DNA of 64,000 bases from Eledone cirrhosa (taxonomy: Eukaryota), in contig OZ024741.1 of NCBI GenBank assembly GCA_964016885.1, forward strand, positions 183,458,001 through 183,522,000, in the 5' to 3' direction. The notes beneath the pieces were generated by a model. The model had not been told where the DNA came from. It ran no database searches and saw only the letters and a program-made list of their open reading frames with translations. This document shows, in pieces, positions 1 through 11,394 of this stretch (the stretch's first letter is position 1; the number at the start of each line of letters is the position of its first letter). Made by a program: the position numbers and the translations under genes.

Positions 1-167
1 TACGCGTACGCACACACACACACATATATATATATACTTATACATACACACACACTATGTACTATTAACCATAAGAAAGAACTATTTGTAGAGTAAAAAT
101 ATTATTTTTTGAATTGGAAGGTGTAACCGCAGTGACAAGTAGCTTATCCTAACCCGGGAAACACCTA

Positions 168-222
<55 letters not shown>

Positions 223-412
223 CACACACACACATACATACACGCATTCTTTTATTAGTTTCAGTCATTAGACTACGACCATGCCAGAGTACCACTCCAA
301 AAGAAATTAGTCGAAAATATCGACACGACTGCTTTAAAAAAAATATATTTTCATGTCTGATACTTATTTTATCTATCTCTTTATTTGTGAACTAACAGAC
401 ACGGGGACGGAC

Positions 413-454
<42 letters not shown>

Positions 455-465
<11 letters not shown>

Positions 466-612
466 GATCGGGCCTCAGCATTGATTTCATCTACCGTATT
501 GCACTGACAATTGGTGAACCCGAGGCTATAGTAGAAGACACTTGCCCAAGTACCACGCTGTGTGACTGAAACCGAAACCACACGGTTGCAAACTTCTTAA
601 CCACTTAACCAT
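455..612 (-). mobile_element. tRNA-derived CORE-like SINE (family S2)
   Basis: Minus strand: AGTGGTTAAGAAGTTTGC...TTGGGCAAGTGTCTTCTACTATAGCCTCGGG. Related copies at 43256-43400 (+) and ~18215-18320 (-). Confidence 0.7.
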
Positions 613-752
613 GTTTTCGCCGACACACACACACACACCTCACATAAATCGGATATAATGTTTTGCGGTATACGTTCCGGTCCTCTGTCGAGGTCGACAT
701 TATCATTCGATTCGAGGTTAATAAATAAATGACCAGTCCAGTACTGAAGTAG

Positions 753-800
<48 letters not shown>

Positions 801-1246
801 TTTTCTGGACGGCATCGCTTGTGTTCAGACCTGGAGAGAGACGGGCTCTGCCAAGCTTAAATACCCAAGACGGAGGTCCTTCGACTTCATCTAAAATAAA
901 GGGACATGGAATGGAAATATACTGAGTGAACCATTTAAATAAAAATTCATATTATTTCTCGATTAACGGCAACAAAACTTTTACACAATAAAGCTATACA
1001 TCTAATTTGGGGTAGGGTCAAGTTTATTTTTCACTAACATTATTTTCTTGTTTCCAGGTGCCCAACCGCCAATAACAGCATTTGTTTGTTGGTATAAATG
1101 GCTTAGAAGTGTCATAACAGTGAATAAAAAATCTATAAAAATACTTTAAACGTATACCTTTATTGTGTAAAAATTTCATTAAGTTTGGCTTAGATATAAA
1201 ACCGATATAATGGTACACACTTAAATGGCGCACCTTGTATATGTGG

Positions 1247-1314
<68 letters not shown>

Positions 1315-1325
1315 TTATACATACA

Positions 1326-1395
<70 letters not shown>

Positions 1396-1444
1396 CATAT
1401 ATATATATACATATATATGTATACATACATACACATATATATAT

Positions 1445-1508
<64 letters not shown>

Positions 1509-1632
1509 CATAAATAGCATTGAATAAAGAATGAAATGAATACATGTGTAGACACGACCCGGCTAGCCTTTGAAGTTATTCAGTGTGAATATATATATAT
1601 ATAGATACACACACACACACATGTATATACAT

Positions 1633-1749
<117 letters not shown>

Positions 1750-1782
1750 AATAAACGTGCTGCGGAGTTGCAAATAGGTTAC

Positions 1783-1881
1783 ATATGAATAAAGTGGTCC
1801 TTCATCAGTGATCTTCCAACCATCATCGAAGCGAAGAAATACCGATGATGGTTGGAAGATCACTGCTGAAGGACCACTTTA

Positions 1882-1890
<9 letters not shown>
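1783..1890. repeat. Near-perfect hairpin (~47-bp arms, 14-nt loop) between (TA)n tracts
   Basis: ATATGAATAAAGTGGTCCTTCAtCAGTGATCTTCCAACCATCATCG pairs with its reverse complement at ~1844-1890, with 1 mismatch. Confidence 0.9.
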
Positions 1891-1928
<38 letters not shown>

Positions 1929-2340
1929 GCGCTGACAGCAATGTATTGCACTATATATTGTTGTTACGCTTGTTAGCTTGAGAAATCTTAACTGTCAGAT
2001 CAACCTCATTAAGTGATTATTTGTTGCTAATGATTTCAAAACGACGAGAAAAAGTTAATTATCGTTTTCTTCTCTTTCTTATCGTTGTCTTGCTTTTATA
2101 CCTTTCCAAGCAGGTGATCAGATCAAAAGTAGCTATGGCCATTATTAGAGTTGCACGGAAGAGTGTTCTCTTTCTCTTTTACTCTCGCCCCATGTATTTT
2201 CCTTTCTCTCTTTATCGTTCTCTTTCTCCTTCTGTTAAAGTTGCCAGGTGAGCATCTTGACAAATTGATTTTCGTAAATTATTCACTTGTCGTCTCAGCG
2301 TGACTGCTTGCATATATGTATGAGAGCTCTGTGTTAGTAT

Positions 2341-5170
2341 ATACGTGCGTATTGTTGTGTGTGATCTGTGTGTTAATGTGTGTAGGTGCGTATTGTTGTG
2401 TGTGAGCTGTGTGTTAATGTGTGTACGTGCGTATTGTTGTGTGTGAGCTGTGTGTTAATGTGTGTACGTGCGTATTGTTGTGTGTGATCTGTGTGTTAAT
2501 GAGTGTACGTGCGTATTGTTGTGTGTGATCTGTGTGTTAATGTGTGTAGGTGCGTATTGTTGTGTGTGATCTGTGTGTTAATGTGTGTACGTGCGTATTG
2601 TTGTGTGTGATCTGTGTGTTAATGTGTGTAGGTGCGTATTGTTGTGTGTGATCTGTGTGTTAATGTGTGTACGTGCGTATTGTTGTGTGTGATCTGTGTG
2701 TTAATGTGTGTACGTGCGTATTGTTGTGTGTGATCTGTGTGTTAATGTGTGTAGGTGCGTATTGTTGTGTGTGATCTGTGTGTTAGTATGTAGGTGCGTA
2801 TTGTTGTGTGTGATCTGTGTGTTAATGTGTGTACGTGCGTATTGTTGTGTGTGATCTGTGTGTTAATGTGTGTACGTGCGTATTGTTGTGTGTGATCTGT
2901 GTATTAATGTGTGTAGGTGCGTATTGTTGTGTGTGATCTGTGTGTTAGTATGTAGGTGCGTATTGTTGTGTGTGTTAATGTGTGTACGTGCGTATTGTTG
3001 TGTGTGATCTGTGTGTTAATGTGTGTAGGTGCGTATTGTTGTGTGTGATCTGTGTGTTAATGTGTGTACGTGCGTAGTGTTGTGTGTGATCTGTGTGTTA
3101 ATGTGTGTAGGGGCGTATTGTTGTGTGTGATCTGTGTGTTAATGTGTGTACGTGCGTATTGTTGTGTGTGATCTGTGTGTTAATGTGTGTACGTGCGTAT
3201 TGTTGTGTGTGATCTGTGTGTTAATGTGTGTACGTGCGTAGTGTTGTGTGTGATCTGTGTGTTAATGTGTGTACGTGCGTATTGTTGTGTGTGATCTGTG
3301 TGTTAATGTGTGTACGTGCGTATTGTTGTGTGATCTGTGTGTTAATGTGTGTAGGTGCGTAGTGTTGTGTGTGATCTGTGTGTTAATGTGTGTACGTGCG
3401 TATTGTTGTGTGTGTCTGTGTGTTAATGTGTGTACATGCGTATTGTTGTGTGTGATCTGTGTGTTAATGTGTGTACGTGCGTATTGTTGTGTGATCTGTG
3501 TGTTAATGTGTGTAGGTGCGTAGTGTTGTGTGTGATCTGTGTGTTAATGTGTGTACGTGCGTATTGTTGTGTGTGTCTGTGTGTTAATGTGTGTACATGC
3601 GTATTGTTGTGTGTGATCTGTGTGTTAATGTGTGTACGTGCGTATTGTTGTGTGTGATCTGTGTGTTAATGTGTGTACGTGCGTATTGTTGTGTGTGATC
3701 TGTGTGTTAATGTGTGTAGGTGCGTATTGTTGTGTGTGATCTGTGTGTTAATGTGTGTAGGTGCGTATTGTTGTGTGTGATCTGTGTGTTAATGTGTGTA
3801 CGTGCGTATTGTTGTGTGTGATCTGTGTGTTAATGTGTGTAGGTGCGTAGTGTTGTGTGTGATCTGTGTGTTAATGTGTGTAGGTGCGTAGTGTTGTGTG
3901 TGATCTGTGTGTTAATGTGTGTAGGTGCGTATTGTTGTGTGTGATCTGTGTGTTAATGTGTGTACGTGCGTAGTGTTGTGTGTGATCTGTGTGTTAATGT
4001 GTGTACGTGCGTATTGTTGTGTGTGATCTGTGTGTTAATGTGTGTACGTGCGTATTGTTGTGTGTGATCTGTGTGTTAATGTGTGTACGTGCGTATTGTT
4101 GTGTGTGATCTGTGTGTTAATGTGTGTACGTGCGTATTGTTGTGTGTGATCTGTGTGTTAATGTGTGTACGTGCGTATTGTTGTGTGTGATCTGTGTGTT
4201 AATGTGTGTAGGTGCGTTTTGTTGTGTGTGATCTGTGTGTTAATGTGTGTACGTGCGTAGTGTTGTGTGTGTCTGTGTGTTAATGTGTGTACGTGCGTAT
4301 TGTTGTGTGTGATCTGTGTGTTAATGTGTGTAGGTGCGTATTGTTGTGTGTGATCTGTGTGTTAATGTGTGTAGGTGCGTATTGTTGTGTGTGATCTGTG
4401 TGTTAATGTGTGTACGTGCGTATTGTTGTGTGTGATCTGTGTGTTAATGTGTGTACGTGCGTATTGTTGTGTGTGATCTGTGTGTTAATGTGTGTAGGTG
4501 CGTATTGTTGTGTGTTAATGTGTGTACGTGCGTATTGTTGTGTGTGTCTGTGTGTTAATGTGTGTACGTGCGTATTGTTGTGTGTGATCTGCGTGTTAAT
4601 GTGTGTACGTGCGTAGTGTTGTGTGTGATCTGTGTGTTAATGTGTGTACGTGCGTATTGTTGTGTGTGATCTGTGTGTTAATGTGTGTACGTGCGTATTG
4701 TTGTGTGTGATCTGTGTGTTAATGTGTGTAGGTGCGTATTGTTGTGTGTGATCTGTGTGTTAATGTGTGTACGTGCGTATTGTTGTGTGTGATCTGTGTG
4801 TTAATGTGTGTACGTGCGTATTGTTGTGTGTGATCTGTGTGTTAATGTGTGTAGGTGCGTATTGTTGTGTGTTAATGTGTGTACGTGCGTATTGTTGTGT
4901 GTGTCTGTGTGTTAATGTGTGTACGTGCGTATTGTTGTGTGTGATCTGTGTATTAATGTGTGTAGGTGCGTATTGTTGTGTGTGATCTGCGTGTTAATGT
5001 GTGTACGTGCGTATTGTTGTGTGTGATCTGCGTGTTAATGTGTGTACGTGCGTAGTGTTGTGTGTGATCTGTGTGTTAATGTGTGTAGGTGCGTAGTGTT
5101 GTGTGTGATCTGCGTGTTAATGTGTGTACGTGCGTATTGTTGTGTGTGATCTGTGTGTTAATGTGTGATC
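2341..5170. repeat. 41-bp minisatellite (~68 copies)
   Basis: Unit GTACGTGCGTATTGTTGTGTGTGATCTGTGTGTTAATGTGT, with C/G and T/G variants. Confidence 0.97.
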
Positions 5171-5277
5171 ACTGCTCCAAAAGATTTCCACTTTGTTTTA
5201 GCACTCAGCCATGTCTAGGTTGGGCCAAGTTTCACCGTAACAACAATAACTGCACCAGCGGCATCCTTACTGTTATA

Positions 5278-6790
5278 ATAATTGTTTCTACGTTTGGCAC
5301 AAGGCCAGCAATTATAAAGTACCAGTATATTACTGGTACTTTATTTTATCGACCCCCGTAAGGATGAAAGGCAAAGTTAACCTCGGCGGGATTTGAACTC
5401 AGAGATTAAAGGGGATAAAGGGACGTAACTATGCTAGAAAGCATGGCGTTCGACCCTCTACCCAATACTGCCAATCGATCACCGCCTGTTTTAATAATCC
5501 CTACTAATACAATCGCCTTCACAACTATCACCTCCTCCTCATCCAACTGCGCTGTTACACCGCTCCTCCAATTGCCAAACCAACTGCATCAGTATCAACC
5601 TCACCACAATCATTCCACCCCACCACCACTAATTCCACCTCTACTACCAACACCATCATGATCACAACTATTATGACAATCAATATCACCACCATTAACA
5701 TCACCCCGGCCACCAACGCTAGCACAACGATTTGCACCACCACCATCACCATAAGGTTGAAAGGTAAAGTTGACTTCGGTGTAATTTGAACTCAGAATGC
5801 AAAAGGCCACTCCGAGTTTAATTTAGGTACAAGCCCTGTAGTTTTGAGGAAGGGGACAGTCGATTAAAGTAATAAATTGGTACTTTATTTATCGACCCCG
5901 AACAAATGAAAGGCAGAGTTAAACACGACAGGATTTGAACGTTCAGTAATAATAATTTATAATTAAGGCACAAGACCAGCAGTTTTGTGGAAAGAGGAAG
6001 TCGATTATATCGACCTCAGTACTTAACTGGTACCTTATTTTATAGACCCCGGATTGATGAAAGGCAAAGCTAACCTTAACAGGATTTGAACTCAGAATGT
6101 AAAGAGCTAGAATAAATACAGCAATGTCATTTTGTCCGACGCTCTACCAGTACTGCCAATTTACTACCCTTTCTAAGTTTAGTAATAATTGTTTCTACCT
6201 TTGGCACAAGGCTAGTAATTACCCAGTGTATTACTGGTACTTTATTTTATCGACCCCGTAAGGATGAAAGGCAAAGTTAACCTCGGCGGGATTTGAACTC
6301 AGAATAGCAAGGGCCGTAACTCTATGCGTCAAAGCATGGCGTCCGACCCTCTACCGATGCTGCCAATTCACCGATAATAATGGTTTCTGATTTAGGCACA
6401 AGGCCAATAATTTTGAGGAGAGGGGAAAGTCTATTAAATCAACACCACTACGTGACTGGTACTTTATTTTATCGACCCAGTAAAGATGAATGGCAAAACT
6501 AATTTCGGCGGGATTTGAACTAAGAATGTAAAGGGGCGTAACTCTACGCCACGAAGCATGGTGTCCTACGTTCTACCGATTCTGCCAATCCACTGCCCAA
6601 ATTACAAGAGCAACAACAACAATGGTTTCTTATATAGGCACTAGGCCAGCAATTACCCAGTGCATTACTGGTACTTTATTTTATCGACCCCGTAAGGATG
6701 TAAAGCAAATCTAACCTCAGCGGGATTTGAACTCTAAGCCGCAAAGCATCGTGACCGACGCTCTACCGAATCTGCCAATCCATCACCCGA
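5278..6790 (-). mobile_element. Cluster of ~6 head-to-tail tRNA-derived SINE copies (family S1)
   Basis: Repeated GGTACTTTATTTTATCGACCCCGTAAGGATGAAAGGCAAAGTTAACCTCGGCGGGATTTGAACTCAGA. The minus strand has an A box (TGGCAGTATCGG), a B box (GTTCAAATCC) and an (ATT)n tail. Confidence 0.9.
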
Positions 6791-7564
6791 ATTACAATAG
6801 CTACAACAGCATCATCATCATCATCAACAACAACAACAACAACAGCATCAGCAACAACAACAACAACAACAACAACAATATTAATAGCATTGATAGCGGA
6901 GAATCGTTATGGAAATGGTAAAAATATCAATATAACTTGATGCTAACATGTCAGCTGAAGTTTCAGGCTTTGCATGGTTGATTGAATGAAATCTTATGAA
7001 CTATCATGGATGATATGAAAAATTAGTTGCTGTATGTATGTCGGTATTATCGTGGGAACAGCAGAAATTATGCCGCCATCTTGCTTTTACGGCGATCTGA
7101 AATGGGACGGCTAAAATAAAAAAATGAATTACTACAAATCATTTGCTGACCACGTCGACGTCACAATACTTGTGATTTATATAAGAAAGATCACTATAGG
7201 CAGGCTTTGTGGAGAGGTAGATGGTGGTGGCGACGGTGACAGATGTGGTTGTAGAGGCACGTCCCCACAGAATGAGCGTGTACATATAAGTAACCATATA
7301 CATGTTTTACACATACATATATAAGTATACGTACTTACACATGTATGCTGAGGCGTGGTGACACATGCACACGCATACTGACACGTACTGATATATATGC
7401 ATGTACATACATACATACATACATACATACATACATACATACATACATACATACATACATACACAGACTTAATTAAAGATATACAAGTATAGATATATAT
7501 GCATTGATAGAAAACCTCCACACGCACACATAGACATATGTATGCATGTATTATGCATATATAT

Positions 7565-7875
<311 letters not shown>

Positions 7876-7924
7876 TATATATATATACACAAATGTATGT
7901 GTATGTGAACGTGTATATATATAT

Positions 7925-7980
<56 letters not shown>

Positions 7981-8789
7981 CACACTCACACACACATATA
8001 CACATTTGCATTTATTTGCATTTAAATGAATGTATGTGTGTATACTTGTGTATATGTGTATGTCTCCTCGTATGTGTGTGTTTGTGAATATGTGTTTAGT
8101 GATGTACATACAAGGAATATTGAGAAATGTATAAATTGTGTATTCTGTTGTGTTGCGTATTGCTGTTCGGATCTTCAATTATTATCAATTGATGAGTCGT
8201 AAAGAGTCTTAATTCCCTGGTTGTTAGCGAAGGTCATAAATATTTGATTCGAATTCATCAGCAGACGACCACAGCAGTGTCTTCTGGGCATTTTAGATTG
8301 ACTGGTCAATCAAGCCAATACTGATAGCTCCGCCGGCTTTCTTTCTCATTTGCTGCCATTTTCTTTTTGCTTCCTGACTGACTGATGTCGAAAACTGTAT
8401 CTCCCTCTTCTAACAATCTTCCCGTCCTCTTCCGCCTCCTCATCCCGTTCATTAATGGTAATAATAACACACACACACACACACACCCACCCACATATAC
8501 ATACATTCATGTATACATACATACATACATACATACATACATACATACATACATACATACATACATACATACATACATACATGCAGGCAAGCAGGTTGCG
8601 CGCCCACACCCACCCAAACACATATATAATATGTGTAATATATCAGGTGGATTACTGACACGCAGTTTTGTTAGATTGCATTTATAGAAAGACTTACAAT
8701 CATATATTTATTAAACATTAAATATTGTTTAATATTGTTTAGTATATTCTTTTAGCAAGCAGAAAACATTTGAAAGTATCTCTCTTTAC

Positions 8790-8834
<45 letters not shown>

Positions 8835-8837
<3 letters not shown>

Positions 8838-8994
8838 ATAATAAATGTGAAGACTAAAATCCAAAGAGGGCTCGATAAGGATAAATATATATCAAATATA
8901 TAAGAACCGTAGAGCAAAACTTTGTTAGTTTCAGAAGATCCCGTTAAGGGTGAAAGCAGCGATTCTTTGCTTAAACTTTAATCTGTTATTTTAA

Positions 8995-9029
<35 letters not shown>

Positions 9030-9236
9030 ATATATATATATATATATATATAGTAATAATAAATGTGAAGACTAAAATCCAAAGAGGGCTCGATAAGGAT
9101 AAATATATATCCAATATATAAGAACCGTAGAGCAAAACTTTGTTAGTTTCAGAAGATCCCGTTAAGGGTGAAAGCAACGATTCTTTGCTTAAACTTTAAT
9201 CTGTTATTTTAATAAATAAATAAATAAATAAATATA
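8835..9236. repeat. Direct tandem duplication, ~218-bp unit separated by (TAAA)n(TA)n
   Basis: GTAATAATAAATGTGAAGACT... starts at 8835 and at 9053; I saw two substitutions between the copies. Confidence 0.9.
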
Positions 9237-9244
9237 TATAATAA

Positions 9245-9430
9245 TAATTGTTTCTACTTTAAGCACAAGGCCACCAATTACCCAGTGCATTACTGGTACT
9301 TTATTTTATCGACCCCGTAAGGATGAAAGGCAAAGTTAACCTCGGCGGGATTTGAACTCAGATCGTAAAGGGACGTAACTATGCTGGAAAGCATGGCGTC
9401 CGACCCTCTACCGATACTGCCAATCCACCG
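9245..9430 (-). mobile_element. SINE S1
   Basis: Near-consensus copy. Confidence 0.9.
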
Positions 9431-9541
9431 AATATGGGCAAGGTGTCAAATTTCCATTATATTTATTGAGCGATTGATTAGCTCAAGGTTCGATCTGAAT
9501 CGATCGGGCCCGACTCTGGAATCAAAAACTCATCAGCTATC

Positions 9542-9584
<43 letters not shown>

Positions 9585-9706
9585 AATATAGACATAGAAT
9601 ATTCGAAAATATTCTGTATGTTTATAATAAACATTTTGAAGACCTAATCGCTATAGAATAGAATACGTCACGTATTACAATTAGATTCTCGATAAAAGCA
9701 AGGGAA

Positions 9707-9749
9707 GTAATCTACGCGTTTCATTCTTGTTAGAAATCTTCAGGACTAC
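9707..9749 (-). ncRNA. Minimal type I hammerhead ribozyme (copy 1 of tandem)
   Basis: Minus strand: GTAGTC-CTGAAGA-TTTCT-AACA-AGAAT-GAAA-CGCG-TA-GATTAC. 6-bp stem I, intact core, palindromic CGCG loop 3. Confidence 0.85.
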
Positions 9750-10016
9750 ATATCCAGTGCTTTTATCGAGAATGACACAGCTAGAGACTTATAGAATACT
9801 TAGCTGTGTACAGGAACTGGTTTGAAAGAGCGGTTGCCGGTCCGGCAGAAATTAGAAATTGGAATAAATGCTCTGAAATAGCGATATATATGTGAATATA
9901 GACATAGAATATTCGAAAATATTCTGTATGTTTATAATAAACATTTTGAAGACCTAATCGCTATAGAATAGAATACGTCACGTATTACAATTAGATTCTC
10001 GATAAAAGCAAGGGAA

Positions 10017-10059
10017 GTAATCTACGCGTTTCATTCTTGTTAGAAATCTTCAGGACTAC
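10017..10059 (-). ncRNA. Minimal type I hammerhead ribozyme (copy 2 of tandem)
   Basis: Identical to 9707-9749 and 310 bp away. Confidence 0.85.
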
Positions 10060-10339
10060 ATATCCAGTGCTTTTATCGTTATATATATATATATATGTGT
10101 GTGTTGCTTGTGTTTATTTCCATCTTCGGTTAGCTTCCCCCTGTGTTGTTTACTTGTCTCACTCGCTTTACGCGTTTCTATTGTCCTAATAACTTATTTT
10201 AGTTATTATCGCTCCAACGTGAGGTATATGATTTTTAATGCGATGAAATACCCATGATCGTTTGGTAAATCACTGATGAGGGACTCATTTTATGACATGT
10301 TATCCATGTGCAACCACCAGTATTCTTCTCACCCATATT

Positions 10340-10382
<43 letters not shown>

Positions 10383-10489
10383 TAGAGAGAGAAAGAGAGT
10401 GAGAGAGAGTCTGCAGTTCTGTAACCGAGGAAACCAGTAATCATGGGTGTACTCAATACATGGGGAGATGCAGCGGGGGTATAGATTTA

Positions 10490-10580
10490 AGATAAAGTCC
10501 TGACTGCGGCACCAAGCGGTTACGGCTTATGTGTCACACAAGCCGTAACCACTTGGCTCCGCGGTCGGTATTTTACCTAT
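10490..10580. repeat. Imperfect GC-rich hairpin
   Basis: GACTGCGGCACCAAGCGGTTACGGCTT..AAGCCGTAACCACTTGGCTCCGCGGTC. Confidence 0.75.
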
Positions 10581-10689
10581 CTCTTTCCCTCTCTCTCTAT
10601 ATATAAATGTATAATGCACACACACACACATACACATACACGAAATAAATATACGAATGTTTATCGAAATTGTTTCACGCCCCCGATAA

Positions 10690-11337
10690 TAATAATTTCT
10701 AATATAGGCGCAATGCCAGATGTATTAACGGAGTATATAGTCAATTATATCGACATCAGTACTTGACTGATACTTTATTTCCTCATCTATGGAATGTTGA
10801 GAAGCAAAGTCGCCCTCAGCTGGATTTGAACTCTGAAAGGTTCAATAGCAAAGCAGAATCTTTTCCTTGATATTTTGCCCGAAGCTCTACCACTGTTCTA
10901 GCGCAGCTAGTAATGATTTCTAACATAGGTACAACTCTTTTCTTTTTCTTTTTGTAGAAAGAGCAAATTGACTTATCTTCTCTCTGTACCTGTCTACTAC
11001 TTTATTTTATTGACCCAGAAAAAATGAAAGACAAATTCAACTTTGGCAGGATTTAAACTCAGAATAAATGGTAACTATATACTACAGGTAGTTTGCCAGA
11101 AGCCGTACCAATTTAGCTAATTGATCCCCATGATGGTTTGTGATATAGGCACAAAGCCAGCATTTTTTGGGAGGGGAAAGTCGATTAAATCGACGCCAGT
11201 GCATTGCTGATACTTTGTTTTATCGACACCGTAAGGATGAAAAGCAAAGCGAACTTCGGTGGGATTTGAATTCAAAATATAAAGGGCATTCACTAAATGT
11301 CGCAAAGCATGTTGTCCGACGCTCTACCGATACTGCC

Positions 11338-11340
<3 letters not shown>
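10690..11340 (-). mobile_element. Three tandem diverged SINE S1 copies
   Basis: GGATTTGAACTC-type core at ~10822, ~11049 and ~11262. Confidence 0.8.
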
Positions 11341-11374
<34 letters not shown>

Positions 11375-11394
11375 GTAATAATAATAATAATAAG

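Larger units (their letters stand above)
9580..10080 (-). mobile_element. Partial-tandem (about 1.6 units, 310-bp monomer) hammerhead-bearing retrozyme/PLE-like element in (TA)n
   Basis: 9580-9768 appears identical to 9890-10078. Each copy has a hammerhead. (TA)n lies on both sides. Confidence 0.75.

Noticed and set aside
2341-5170. CRISPR-like array or Cys/Val-rich protein
   Set aside because: No unique spacers, the 41-bp unit is not a codon multiple, and the context is eukaryotic.
5490-5752. Pro/Thr/His-rich ORFs
   Set aside because: Degenerate (CAC/CAA/CAT)n low-complexity DNA between SINEs, with stops in all useful frames.
10270-10320. CTGATGA at 10273 (also 46724 CCGACGA..GAAAC and ~22058) as hammerheads
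   Set aside because: Core incomplete or mutated and stems unconvincing; at best decayed copies.
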